Positions 1 through 15,111 of a DNA stretch of 64,000 nucleotides are shown here, in pieces. Position 1 is the stretch's first letter. Every line of letters starts with the position of its first letter. The notes under the pieces were generated by a model. It had not been told where the DNA came from. It saw nothing but the letters and a program-made list of their open reading frames with translations, and made no database searches. The stretch spans positions 332,754,001-332,818,000 of the forward strand of contig OZ024742.1 of NCBI GenBank assembly GCA_964016885.1, read 5' to 3'. This stretch comes from Eledone cirrhosa. Lineage: Eukaryota. A program made the position numbers and the translations under genes.

Positions 1-3000
1 ATCACCACAGTTACTACCACAATTCTCACTTATCACCAGTGTTACGACCACGACTCTCTCAAATCACCACTGTTATCACATCAACTCTCTCTTAACACCA
101 CTGTTACTACCACGACTCTCTCTTATCACTACTGTTATCACAACAACTCTCTCTTATCACCACTTTTACTACCACGACTCTCTCTTATCACCACTCTTAT
201 ACCAACAACTCTCTCTTATCAACACAACTCTCTCTTATCACCACTTTTACTACCACGACTCTCTCTTATCACCACTGTTACTACTACGACTCTCTCCTAT
301 TAGCACTCTTATCACAACAACTCTCTCTTATCACCGATGTTACTAACATGACTCTCCATTATCAATACCACGACTCTCTCTTATCACCACTGTTACTACC
401 ACGACACTCTTATCACGACTATTATCACAACAACTCTCTCTTATCACCACTGTTACTACCACGGCTCTCTCTTATCACCACTGTTCTCACAACAACTCTC
501 GCTTATCACCACTGTTACTAACATGACTCTCTCTTTTCACCACTGTTTTCGCCATAACTCTCTCTTATCACAATTGTTATCACAAAAACTCTCTCTTATT
601 ACCACGGTTACTACCACGACTCTCTCTCTCTTCACCACTGTTACTACTACGACTCTTTCCTATTAACACTGTTACTACCACGGATCTCTCTTATCACCAC
701 TGTTATCACAACAACTCTCTCTTATCACCACTGTTACAACCACGACCCTCTCTTATCACTACTGTTACTACTACGACTCTCTCCTATTATCACTGTTATC
801 ACAAAAACTCTCTCTTATCACCAATGTTACTAAAACGACTCTCTCTTGTCACCACTGTTATCACAATAACTCTCTCTTATTACCACTGTTACTACCACGA
901 CTCTCTTTTATCACCACTGTTATCTCAACACTCTCTCTTATCAACACTGTTATCACAAAAACTCTCTCTTATCACCACTGTTACTAACACGACTGTCTCT
1001 TATCACCAATATTACTACCATGACTCTCTCTTATGACCACTGTTACTACCATGACTCCCTCTTATCACCACTGTTATCACAACTCTCTCTTATCACCACT
1101 GTTAATAACACGACCCTGCCTGATCACTAATGTTACTACCACGACTCTCTATTATCACCACTGAAATCACAACAACTCTCTCCCATCACCATTGTTTTTA
1201 CAACGACTCTCTCTTATTACCACTGTTTTCACAACAACCCTCTCTTATGACCACTGTTACTACCACCGATCTCTCTTATCACCACTGTTACTCCCACGAC
1301 TCTCTCTTATCACCAATGTTATCACAACAACTTTCTCTTATCACCACTGTTACTACCACGGCTCTCTCTTATCACCACTGTTATCACAACAACTCTCTCT
1401 TATCACCACTGTTACTACCACGACTCTCCCTTATCACTACTGTTACTACTACGACTCTCTCCTATTACCACTGTTATCACAAAAACTCTCTCTTATCACC
1501 AATGTTACTACCACGACTCTCTCTTATCACCACTGTTAATAACACATCCCTCCCTAATCACTAATGTTACTACCACGACTCTCTCTTATCACCACTGTTA
1601 TCACAACAACTCTCTCTTATCACCACTGTTACTACCACGGCTCTCTTTTATCACCACTGTTATCACAACAGTCTCTCTTATCAACACTATTATCACAACA
1701 ACTCATTCTTATCACCACTGTTACTACCACGACTCTCTCTTATCACCACTGTTATCACAACAACTCTCTCCTATCACCATTGCTAATACCACGACTCTCT
1801 GTTATCACCACTGTTAGTACCACGTCTCTCTCTTATCACCACTCTTACCACAACAACACTCTCTTATCACCACTGTTATCACAACAACTCTCTCTTATGA
1901 CCACTGTTACTACCACGACTCTCTTTTATCAGCACTATTATCTCAACACTCTCTCTTATCAACACTGTTATCACAAAAAACTCTCTCTTATCACCACTTT
2001 TACTACCACGACTCTCTCTTATCACCACTGATACTACTACGACTCTCTCCTATTAGCACTGTTATCACAACAACTCTCTCTTATCACCAATGTTACTAAC
2101 ATGACTCTCCATTATCACCACTGTCAATACCACGACTCTCTCTTATCACCACTGTTATCAAAACAACTGTCTCTTATCAACACTGCTATCAAAACAACTC
2201 TCTCTTATCACCACTGTTACTAACACCACTCCCTTTTATCACCACAGTTACTAACACAATTCACTCTTATCACCAATGTTACTACCACGATTCTCGCTTA
2301 TCACCACTGTTATTACAACAACTCTCTCTTATCACCACAGTTACTACCACGACTCTCTCTCATCACCACTGTTACTACTACGACTCTCACCTATTAACAC
2401 TGTTATCACAACAACCTTCTCTTATCATCTCTGTTAACACAACTCTCTCTTGTCAACACTTTTATTACAAAAACTATCTCTTATCACCACTGTTATCACA
2501 ACAACTCTCTCTTATCACCACTGTTACTAACACAACTCTCTTTCATCACCACTGTTTCTACCACAGCTCTCTCTTATCACCACTGTTATTACCACGACTC
2601 TCAGTTACAACCACTGTTACTACCACCACTCTCTTATCACCACTGTTATCGCGACAACTCTCTCTTATCACCACTGTTATCACAACAATTTTCTCTTATC
2701 ACCACAGTTACTACCACGACTCTCTCTTATCACCACTGTTAGCACAACAACCCTCTCTTATCACCACTGCTATCAGAACAACTCTCACTTATCACCACTA
2801 TTACTACAACGACTCTCTCTTATCACCACTGTTATCACAACAACTCTCGCTTATCACCACTGTTACTAACACGACTCTCTCTTATCGCCACTGTTACTAC
2901 CACAACACTCTCTTATCACCAATGTTACTACCACAATTCTCTCTCTTATCACCACTGTTATCAAAACAACTATATCTTATCACCACCTTTACTCCTATGA

Positions 3001-6000
3001 CTCTCACTAATCACCACTATTATCACAACAACTCTCCCATATCACCACTCTTACTACCACGACACTCTCTTATCACCACTGTTATCTCAACAACTTTCTC
3101 TTATCACCACAGTTACTACCACGACTCTCTCTTATCACCACTTTTATCACAACAACTCTCTCTTATCACCACTGTTATCAGAACAACTCCCACTTATCAC
3201 CACTATTACTACAATGACTCTCTCTTATCACCATTGTTACTACCACGACTCTCTCTTATAACCACTGTTACGACCACAACTCTCTCTTATCACCACTGTT
3301 ACAACCACGACTCTCTCTTATCACCACTGTTATCAGAACTCTCTCTTATCAACACTTATCACAACAACTCTCTCTTATCACCACTTTTATCACAACAACT
3401 CTCTCTTATCTCCACTGTTACTACCACGACTCTTTTTTATCACGACTGTTATCACAACAACTTTCTCTTATCACCGCTGTTACGACCACGTCTCTCTCTT
3501 ATCACCACTGTTACTACCACGAATCTCTCTTATCACCACTCTTACTACCACGACTCTCTCTTATCACCACTCTTACTAATACGACTCTCTCCTATTACCA
3601 CGGTTATCACAACAACTCTCTCTTATCACCACTGTTATCACAACAACTCTCTCTTATCACAACTGTTACTACCACGACTCTTTCTTATTACGACTGTTAT
3701 CACACCAACTTTCTCTTATCACCACTGTTACTACCACGACTCTTTCTTATCACGACTGCTATCACAAAAACCTTCTCTTATGACCACTGTTACTACCACC
3801 AATCTCTCTTATTATCACTGTTAATACTACGACTCTCTCTTATCAACACTGTTATCACAACAACTCTCTCCTATCACCATTGTTACTACCACGACTCTCT
3901 CTTATCACCACTCTTACTAATACGACTCTCTCCTATTACCACGGTTATCACAACAACTCTCTCTTATCACCACTGTTATCACAACATCTCTCTCTTATCA
4001 CCACTGTTACTACTACGACTCTCCTTATTACGACTGTTATCACAACAACTTTCTCTTATCACCACTGTTACTACCACAACTCTTTCTTATCACGACTGTT
4101 ATCAAAACAACTTTCTCTTATGACCTTTGTTACTACCACCAATGTCTCTTATCATCACTGTTAATACTACGACTCTCTCTTATCAACACTGTTATCACAA
4201 CAACTCTCTCCTATCACCACTGTTAGTACCACGACTCTCTCTTATCACCACTGTTATCACAACAACTCTCTCTCATCACCACTATTACTAACACGACTCT
4301 CTCCTATCAACACTGTCATCACAACAACTCTCTATTATTACCACTGTTACAACCACGACTCTCTTATCACCACTATTATCGCAACAACACTCTCTTATCA
4401 CCACTGTTTTCACAACAACTCTCGCTTATCACAACTGTTACTAGCACGACTCTATCTTGTCACCACTGTTACTACCACGACTCTCTCTTATCACCACTGT
4501 TATCACAACAACTCTCTCTTATCACCACTGTTATCACAACAACTCTCTCTTATCACCAATGTTACTACCACGACTCTCTCTTATCACCACTGTTATCACA
4601 ACAACTCTCTCCTATCACCATTGTTAATACCACTACTCTCTGTTATCACCACTGTTAGTACCACGTCTCTCTCTTATCACCACTCTTACCACAACAACCC
4701 TCTCTTATCACCACTGTTATCACAACAACTCTCTCTTATGACCACTGTTACTACCACGACTCTCTTTTATCACCACTGTTATCTCAACACTCTCTCTTAT
4801 CAACACTGTTATCACAAAAACTCTCTCTTATCACCACTTTTACTACCACGACTCTCTCTTATCACCACTGATAATATTACGACTCTCTCCTATTAGCACT
4901 CTTATCACAACAACTCTCTCTTATCACCAATGTTACTAACATGATACTCCATTATCACCACTGTCAATACCACGACTCTCTCTTATCACCACTGTTATCA
5001 AAACAACTCTCTCTTATCAACACTGCTATCAAAACAACTTTCTCTTATCACCACTGTTACTAACACCACTCCCTTTTATCACCACAATTAATAACACAAT
5101 TCACTTTTATCACCAATGTTACTACCACGATTATCGCTTATCACCACTGTTATTACAACAACCCTCTCTTATCACCACAGTTACTACCACGACTCTCTCT
5201 CATCACCACTGTTACTACTACGACTCTCACCTATTAACACTGTTATCACAACAACCTTCTCTTATCATCTCTGTTAACACAACTCTCTCTTGTCAACACT
5301 TTTATTACAACAACTATCTCTTATCACCACTGTTATCACAACAACTCTCTCTTATCACCACTGTTACTAACACCACTCTCTTTTATCACCACTGTTTCAA
5401 CCACAGCTCTCTCTTATCACCACTGTTATTACCACGACTCTCAGTTACAACCACTGTTACTACCACGACTCTCTTATCACCACTGTTATCGCGACAACTC
5501 TCTCTTATCACCACTGTTATCACAACAATTTTCTCTTATCACCACAGTAACTACCACGACTCTCTCTTATCACCACTGTTATCACAACAACCCTCTCTTA
5601 TCCCCACTGCTATCAGAACAACTCTCACTTATCACCACTATTACTACAACGACTCTCTCTTATCACCACTGTTATCACAACAGCTCTCGCTTATCACCAC
5701 TGTTACTAACACGACTCTCTCTTATCACCACTGTTACAACCACAACTCTCTCTTATCACCACTGGTACTAAAACGACTCTCTCATATTACCACTGTTACT
5801 ACCACAACACTCTCTTATCACCAATGTTACTACCACAATTATCTCTCTTATCACCACTGTTATCAAAACAACTATATCTTATCACCACCTTTACTCCTAT
5901 GACTCTCACTAATCACCACTATTATCACAACAACTCTCCCATATCACCACTCTTACTACCACGACACTCTCTTATCACCATTGTTATCTCAACTTTCTCT

Positions 6001-8260
6001 TATCACCACAGTTACTATCACGACTCTCTCTTATCACCACTGTTATCACAACAACTCTCTCTTATCACCACTGTTATCAGAACAACTCCCACTTATCACC
6101 ACTATTACTACAATGACTCTCTCTTATCACCATTGTTACTACCACGACTCTCTCTTATAACCACTGTTACGACCACAACTCTCTCTTATCACCACTGTTA
6201 TCAGAACTCTCTCTTATCAACACTGTTATCACAACAACTCTCTCTTATCACCACTGTTACTACCACGACTCTTTTTTATCACGACTGTTATCACAACAAC
6301 TTTCTCTTATCACCGCTGTTACGACCACGTCTCTCTCTTATCACCACTGTTACTACCATGAATCTCTCTTATCACCACTCTTACTACCACGACGCTCTCT
6401 TATCACCACTCTTACTAATACGACTCTCTCCTATTACCACGGTTATCACAACAACTCTCTCTTATCACCACTGTTATCACAACAACTCTCTCTTATCACA
6501 ACTGTTACTACCACGACTCTTTCTTATCACGACTGTTATCACAACAACTTTCTCTTATGACCACTGTTACTACCACCAATCTCTCTTATCATCACTGTTA
6601 ATACTACGACTCTCTCTTATCAACACTGTTATCACAACAACTCTCTCCTATCACCATTGTTACTACCACGACTCAATCTTATCACCACTCTTACTAATAC
6701 GACTCTCTCCTATTACCACGGTTATCACAACAACTCTCTCTTATCACCACTGTTACTACTACGACTCTACCTTATTACGACTGTTATCACAACAACTTTC
6801 TGTTATCACCACTGTTACTACCACAACTCTTTCTTATCACGACTGTTATCACAACAACTTTCTCTTATGACCTCTGTTACTACCACCAATCTCTCTTATC
6901 ATCACTGTTAATACTACGACTCTCTCTTATCAACACTGTTATCACAACAACTCTCTCCTATCACCACTGTTAGTACCACGACTCTCTCTTATCACCACTT
7001 TTATCACAACTGTTAATCCCACGACTCTCTCGTATCACCACTGTTTTCACAACAACTCTCTCTCATCACCACTATTACTAACACGACTCTCTCCTATCAA
7101 CACTGTCATCACAACAACTCTCTATTATTACCACTGTTACAACCACGACTCTCTTATCACCACTATTATCGCAACAACACTCTCTTATCACCACTGTTAT
7201 CACAACAACTCTCGCTTATCACCACTGTTATCACTACAATTCTCTCTTATCACCACTGTTACTACTACGACTCTCTTTTTTCACCACTGTTATCACAACT
7301 ACTCTCTCTTATCACCAGTATTATCACACCAACTCTCTCTTATCACCAATGTTATCACAACTCTCTCTTATCACCACTGTTATCACAACGACTCTCTCTT
7401 ATCACCAGTATTATCACAACAACTCTCTCTTATCACCAATGTTATCACAACTCTCTCTTATCACCACTGTTGTCACAACAACTCTCTCTTATAACCACTG
7501 TTACTACCACGACTTTCTCTTATCACCACTGTTACTACCACGACTCTCTCTTATCACCACTCTTACTACCACGACTCTCTCTTATCACCACTGTTACTAC
7601 TACGACAATCTCTTATCACCATTGTTACTACCACCACACTATGTTATCACCACTCTTACTACCACGGCTTTCTCTTATCACCACTGTTTTCACAACAGCT
7701 CTCTCTCTTATCACCACTGTTACTACCACGACTCTCTCTTATCAACACTGTTATTACTACGACTCTCGCTTATCACCACTGGTATGACAACTCTCTCTTA
7801 TCGCCACCTTTACTACCACGGCTCTCACTCATCACTACTGTTACTAACACGACTCTCACTTAACACCACTGTTACTTCAAAGACTCTCTCTTATCACCAC
7901 TGTTTTCACAACAACTCTCTCTCTTATCACCACTGTTACTACCACGACTCTCTCATATCACCACTGTTATCACAACAACTCTCTCTTATCACCACTGTTA
8001 TCACAACACCTCTCTCTTATCACCACTGTTACTACCACGACTCTCTCTTATCACCACTGTTACTACTACGACTCTCTCTTATCACCACTGTTATCACAAC
8101 TCTCTCTTATCACCACTGTTACTACCACGACTGTCTCTTATCACCACTGTTATCACAATAACTCTCTCCTATCACCACTGGTACAACCACGTCTCTCTCA
8201 TATCTCCACTGTTACTACCACGACTCTCTCTTATCACCACTGTTATCACAACAGCTATCT
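1..8260. repeat. 31-bp minisatellite array (runs off the left edge) with two interspersed unit types
   Basis: Units TTATCACCACTGTTACTACCACGACTCTCTC and TTATCACCACTGTTATCACAACAACTCTCTC recur throughout. The ORFs here are frame-cycling translations of the unit. Confidence 0.97.
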
Positions 8261-8372
8261 TTATTTATGTACCTATATTTCTATTTTTCTATTTTCGGAC
8301 AATAAAACAAACTATACCTCTCTTCTCTCCCTCTTTCCTTCTGCCTCTCCCTGTCTACACATATATATAATA

Positions 8373-8564
8373 TAATTGTTTCTACTTTTGGCACAAGGCC
8401 AGCAATTTCCCATTGTATTACTGGTACTTTATTTTATCGACCTCGTATGGATAAAAGGCAAAGTTAACCTCGGCGGGATTTGAACTCAGAATGGCTTGGG
8501 CCGTAACTCTATGCGTCAAAGCATGACGCCCGACCCTCTCACTAATACTGCCAATACACCGCTC
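8373..8564 (-). mobile_element. tRNA-derived SINE (Octopus-type, Meta/MESC-like central domain)
   Basis: Minus strand has an A-box-like TGGCAGTATTAG, B-box GAGTTCAAATCC, core ACTTTGCCTTTTATCC..GGTCGATAAAAT and tail GCCTTGTGCCAAAAGTAGAAACAATT. Homologous to 35381-35569 and 37122-37464. The domain name is from memory. Confidence 0.8.
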
Positions 8565-8616
8565 TAAATAATATAATATAATGTTATATATATATAAATG
8601 GGAAAATATGAAATTT

Positions 8617-9428
8617 CATTTCTCACTCTTAGTACGGCTGATACTTAAATATAAGTATGTATACATACATATATGTATACAGACGTACAGTAGTATGTAT
8701 ATACATACATACATGCACACATATATATATATATATGTACGTAAGGCTTTACCGAACATTTATTATAATGCTCGGTTTGTTTGTAAACAAACAGCCTGAA
8801 TTATTAGCCGTACTGTGTTCGGCAACCATCATTGTTATTTTGTTCAAAACTGACAAAGGAACGATGAACTAGTTTCTAGCTTATTAGCTGTCATCAGCAC
8901 CGTATACCTTCCTGTCAGTCAATTGAACGTCTGAAAGTATATACTTTCCTTATGCATGTAAACGTCTGAGCAGCCTAATCTGCATATCGAGTGAATTAGT
9001 CGGCCGGGCGTACCGAAAACGATAAATGGAAACAAATGAAATGAAATGAAATTTCTCACTCTTAGTACGGCTGATACTTAAATATAAGTATGTATAAGTA
9101 CATAAATATATGTATACAGACGTACTGTAGTATGTATATACATACATACATGCATACGTATATATATGTACGTATGGGTTTACCGAACATTTATTATAAT
9201 GCTCCGTTCGTTTGATGACAGCTAATAAGCTAGAAACTAGTTCATCGTTCCTTTGTCAGTGTTGAACAAAAAGACAATGATGGTTGCGGACACTGTACGG
9301 CAAATAATTCGGGCTGTTTTTTTACAAACAAACCGAGCATTATAATAAATGTTCGGTAAACCCATACGTACATATATATGTGTGTGCATGTATGTATATA
9401 CATACTATTGTACGTATGTATACATATA
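8617..9428. mobile_element. Non-coding PLE-type terminal-repeat element with direct and inverted copies
   Basis: 8617-8780 is repeated directly at 9052-9211, and 9213-9428 is the reverse complement of ~8680-8896. It carries an HHR motif and ends in (TA)n. Confidence 0.7.
8848..8920 (-). ncRNA. Type I hammerhead ribozyme motif
   Basis: Minus strand: ACGGTG-CTGATGA-C AGC taataa GCT A-GAAA-CTAG-TT-CATCGT, with distal stem I pairing CTGACA/TGTCAG and a palindromic stem III. Confidence 0.75.
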
Positions 9429-9437
9429 CGTTTGTAC

Positions 9438-9439
<2 letters not shown>

Positions 9440-9523
<84 letters not shown>

Positions 9524-9798
9524 AGGGTGTCTGCATAATTGCTAACGAATCCAATATTATTATTAATATTCGAAAAACTCGGATTACGTTATACATATAT
9601 ATTATATATATATACAACGTAATCCGAGTTTATATATATATATACACACATACATAATTATATACATACATATATATACATGTATATATATATATATATA
9701 TGTGTGTGTATATATACATATATATATATATTCATATATATATATATATACACATACATATATACACATATATATATACACACACACATTCACACACA

Positions 9799-9845
<47 letters not shown>

Positions 9846-9885
9846 ATGTGTGTGTGTGTGTGTGTGTGTTTGCGTGTGTGTGTGT
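9440..9885. repeat. Compound (TA)n/(CA)n/(TG)n microsatellite, representative of dozens (e.g. 11780-12088, 14448-14576, 17598-17760, 18313-18485, 30315-30560, 40038-40447, 51908-52528, 53000-53390)
   Basis: Directly visible dinucleotide runs; source of the [12 protein letters not shown] ORFs. Confidence 0.98.
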
Positions 9886-10964
9886 ATTCACCTTTCTATA
9901 ACTATTTAATTACTTATGTTTAAAAATACATCTTCTTTAGATAAGTACAACAGAATCAACAGCAACAAAGCAAGAATCACAATAGGTATCCGAAGATACA
10001 TAGTCTCATAGGCAGAACAAAGAGATCGTAATTTAGTGCAGAAACGTTTGATAATGTTTAAAGGAAACATGGAAGAAAATGATTCTAATTAATGTAACTG
10101 AAAGAAATACAGGCAATTAATGAAGAAAATACACGAGAGAAGATCAATGACAACACAAGGATTCAACCATTCTTACATAGGATGTTATCATGGAATTATT
10201 AAATAAAATATATATTTTTATTAAATATTGTCACTTTTTACGGCTATTATGCACGCATATGTCAAATGAGACGAAGGAATAAAATATGCTAAAATATAAT
10301 TAGTTAAAAAATATGTTAAAATGTATGTAGGATATTCCATGGAAGATGAGAAAGAATTTAGTTTGAGAATGACACTATGTATGCTCTATCTGGTCAGATT
10401 ATGGAGCCATCTTCTATGTCATACACTGTTACATACGTTAGATATATCTAAGGTAATAAAATAAAGAAAGGAATTGAGCCGATTGTGAAATGGAAAGAAC
10501 GAAGCTATTTCTCTATTGATAGATACGATCTGCTTTTAGCCACTCTTCGCCGAAATAGGCGAAATATGAACTCTGTATAAACAAAGCCGGATAAAATACT
10601 GCAAAACATCTCGTCCAACCGTTTAACCATTCTGCCAATTCACCGCCACTGGACTGTGGTTTTATTCATTGGATCCAAAAGGTTGGCACGTAAAATTGAC
10701 CTCATGGTTATTTGTAAGTCAGAGAACAATGAGTCAGAACAAATCCCGAAACATTAAATCCGACGCCCAAACGTCTCTACCAAAATTTCAATAAGACGAA
10801 CATTAAAGCTATTATCATCGCTCTGCACTACATATCCTATGAATGATAACTATGAGTGTGTCAGCTTTGGATTTAGCTAAAAGCAATTCTGCTTCTCACG
10901 TAGCAGACTGGCTTTGTTCGTTGACTAATGAAATGTTTGTTATATTATACTCAAAGGGCTTGAT

Positions 10965-11074
10965 TTAGATGGTCAATAGTCTAAGTGACCTATATTGAAT
11001 TCTGAAACAACGGTCATCAGATTTCCTGGAATCTGTGTAAACTACAGACAAGAAACTGTTGAACCAGTACTGAC
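10965..11074 (-). CDS. Candidate terminal coding exon of an unidentified host gene
   Basis: Acceptor tgtttgtatttaaccctag|G; the phase-1 frame reads QYWFNSFLSVVYTDSRKSDDRCFRIQYRSLRLLTI*; non-repetitive sequence. Confidence 0.25.
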
Positions 11075-11776
11075 CTAGGGTTAAATACAAACAGCATCAT
11101 CAAAAAGACCACCAAAAGTAATTGATAACATGTAAATAAATACTTTATGAAATCAATTGATAAAACAAAGAAATAGCAATAAAAAATAAACATCAACCGC
11201 CACACCAACACCACTACACCCCCCAACAGCACTGCCACCATACCCCTAACACCACTCTCACCATCACCAAAGAGATAACTGTTACTTAATCACGTTAAGT
11301 ACCTAGAAATGGCAGCCAAGAATTCTTCAAATTACCTCCTAACTTAGAAAATTACTATTTAAATAACTTGGATCTTGTCATAAAGGTGGTGATGGTGATG
11401 GTGGTTTTAGTGTTAATTTGAATGTTGTTAAAATATCTTTGTTGTGGAAGTCTTGTTGTTGTCGGTGGAAGACTTCTCGTGTTTAATCTTGATTAGTGTG
11501 TTTATATATGATCCACTTGCAATCTGATTAACATGTTGTATACAGACATTGAAAGAGAGAGAGAGAGAGTGAGGGGGGTGAGAAAGAGAGAGAGGGAGAA
11601 AAGGAGAAGAGAGCGAAAGAGACAGAGGGAAAGTGGACACACATATATACAGGCATAAATTGTATGTGGGGGATTGTGAATATACTTGTATGTGTGTCTG
11701 TATGGATACATACATACACACGAGTATATTTACATTCACATATATACAATGGGACTTGCGAGTGTGTCGGTGAGTG

Positions 11777-11947
<171 letters not shown>

Positions 11948-11954
11948 GTATATA

Positions 11955-12202
<248 letters not shown>

Positions 12203-12296
12203 TTACCCACTCTACTACCCTAAATATTGTGTACTTTGGTGCGTTATGGTCCATCTGGTTCCTTAAAACATTTCCTTCGTTATATATATATATAGT

Positions 12297-12414
12297 GAAG
12301 GCGTGTGGCTGAGTGGTTAGAGAATTGTATTCGCAATCGTAAGGTTGTGAGTTCGATTCCTGGACCAGGCGATGCGTTATGTCCTTGAGCAAGACACTTT
12401 ATTTCACGTTGCTC
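12297..12414 (+). mobile_element. tRNA-derived SINE 5' part (second family)
   Basis: A box TGGCTGAGTGG, B box GAGTTCGATTCC, then GTCCTTGAGCAAGACACTTTATTTCAC. Degenerate relatives at ~39350, ~47430 and ~59720. Confidence 0.75.
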
Positions 12415-12516
12415 CTTCTACCTGGAGTTGCGACCGATAGATAGTATTAGCAATTGGAAAGACCGACGGAAACATTGTTCCCTCGGTCCGATTTGACAAA
12501 AAAGTCGATCGTTCCT

Positions 12517-12564
<48 letters not shown>

Positions 12565-12643
12565 TATATAGTTATGTATATGTATATATATATATATGTA
12601 TTTATATATATATATGTATATATATATATATGTGTATATATAT

Positions 12644-12885
12644 CTAAGGCGGGTAAAATTCCCGAGATTCATGGACGAGTTCTCTCCAGCGGTCTCTGTC
12701 CCTCATTATCGCTGCCATGTCCTGCGTCTCCAACAGACCAGTGTCTGTCCTTAGGGCATCAACATACATTAACCTTGGTCTTCCTCTTGTAGTGTGTCCA
12801 TGTAGGGGCTCCCACAGGATCACTGAGTGCAATGTCAACTCTGGATGTCGGTGAGCATGTCCAGCTAACCTCAGTCTCCTCTATA
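12644..12885 (-). mobile_element. RTE-clade LINE, C-terminal ORF fragment
   Basis: [46 protein letters not shown] matches the RTE C-terminal signature. Confidence 0.8.
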
Positions 12886-13052
12886 CACAGAGGTATCCAC
12901 TGTAAGTTGTGGGTCTATTCTGTCTGATAGTTTGTAAACTTACATAGATCAATAACTGAGTATAGATGCAATTTATTATCACCATCTAGAAACGATCGTA
13001 AAGCAGTGAAGTATATCTCTAATGACTTGATATTTTATTTCATTGCTTTAAC

Positions 13053-13085
<33 letters not shown>

Positions 13086-13480
13086 TATATACATTGCACT
13101 TATGTATGTTTTATCTAAGTATGAATGTATGTAGATAGGTATATACCGAGGGAGATAGAGACTAAGAGCGTCATCTATAGAGAGAAAGGAATGAGAGAGG
13201 GTGAGATAGAAAACACAGAGAGGGGAGAGGAGAGAGAATGGAAAGTAACGGTGTTGCCACGGGTCAAGGCTTTGATGACAAGTGGGAGTGGAAGTTGTCA
13301 GACAAATTGTGGGTGGGACCTGAGTGATCGATGATGTGGTGGTATGTGTGTTTGTGTTGGTTATGGGCTAGGGTGGAGAATGTTGGGGGTGTGACTGATA
13401 TTCCGGTCATTCGGTGCATTTCAGTTCAACACACACATTTATGGAAAAGCAAAGGAGTTGTAGTGTACCGCATGAATATG

Positions 13481-13812
13481 TTGGTGGTGGTGGTGGTGGT
13501 GATGGTGGTGTTATGGTGTTGTGCCGGTTGTGGTGGTGTTGCTGTTGGTGGTGTTATTGAAAGTGGTGGCGGCGGTGGTGGCGGTGGTGTTGGTGGTGCT
13601 GTTGGTGGTGATGGTGTTGGTGTTGGTGGTTGTGGTGTTGCTGTTGCTGTTGTTGTTGGTGATGGTAGTGATGGTAGAGGTGGTGGTGGTGCTGGTGGTG
13701 CTTGTCGTCCTGGTGGTGTTAGTGATGATGATGGTGGTGATGGTGTTGGTGATAGTGGTGGATGTGGTAGTGGTAGTGGTGGTGGTACTTGTAGTGATGT
13801 CTCTGGTGGTGC
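13481..13812. repeat. Imperfect (GGT/GTT/GAT)n trinucleotide low-complexity tract
   Basis: Visible triplet run; explains the poly-G/V/T ORFs. Confidence 0.9.
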
Positions 13813-14444
13813 CCGTAATTTTGAAACAGGGGATGTACAAAATTGTATAATATGAAATAATTATTGGTTATTTATCTAAATAATCAGTTGAATTAGAGGG
13901 GCTTGAAAGGCAGCCATGAAAAAACAAATAATACAAGTAATATAAATTTGATGAAGCTTCATAAAGCGAGTGTTGAGTAGGAATCTCTAGAAATCTAATT
14001 TAATAATTAGATACATATAATAACTGGAGGGACAACATTTAGTCGAGGTTTGAACAATTAAATCAATGGATTGAAAGGTGGTAGTCAATTATAATCAAAG
14101 TTCTAGGTTCATTAGTGAATATTGTATAGTTTCCCATGTTCTGTTATTACAACTTAGGAAAACTATAGTGGTTAAGAAAACATTTGTTGTTTAGCGAAAG
14201 TGTACTGTTCTGTTGATGAGAGTGATCATCAACATTGTTTTATATAGGTGAACATGAAATGAAAGAAGAAAAATAGTATGAAATCCTTTGGAGAGGTTAC
14301 TAGACATGTAACATACTAGACAAAAATGTGAGTGTTTGTGTGTCTTCAATGGATGCACTGTAATCTAAAGTTATGAATGTCTATGAATTGAGACAAATTC
14401 TGTGTGTCGTATAGCTGGCGATGATGTTCTGTTACATTGAATGA

Positions 14445-14578
<134 letters not shown>

Positions 14579-14658
14579 TTCCTCCAACTAGGCCACTGGG
14601 ACAGCTATAAAAGTAAAATAAAAATTGATAATTATAAATCTACTTTCAAAATATATAT

Positions 14659-14739
<81 letters not shown>

Positions 14740-15111
14740 CAAGAAGATGTGGTAAGACACCAGATTACTCGATAGGTAGGGTAGTAGAGTGGGTAATAGG
14801 AAAAGAGTCAGGACTTCGACGGCTGTGCTCCGGCCGTTTAGACAGCTAGATCCGTCGAGCAGTGGCGGACTGGGTTTAAAATATTGGTTGCCAGGAGATG
14901 AAGGGGGCCCACCTACATATAGAATGCTATCATTTAATTTTTCTAATGAATAAATAGCATTTTCGAAAAATACATAAGTGGTAACAAAAGAGTGCAATCA
15001 AATTTTTGAGGGAAAATATCTTACCTTCACAATAAAATATTATGTATTTTGCGAAATCCAGAGTATTTCAATAATGACAAGAAGTGGTCCCTGAATATTA
15101 CTAATAGCTCT

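Noticed and set aside
824-8161. Long His/Thr/Leu-rich ORFs (up to 348 aa)
   Set aside because: Translations of a 31-bp unit that is not a multiple of 3, with frequent indels; no coding evidence.
1-8260. CRISPR-like regular repeats
   Set aside because: No unique spacers, no cas genes, eukaryotic context.
13331-13855. Gly-, Val- or Thr-rich ORFs
   Set aside because: An imperfect trinucleotide tract open in several frames on both strands.
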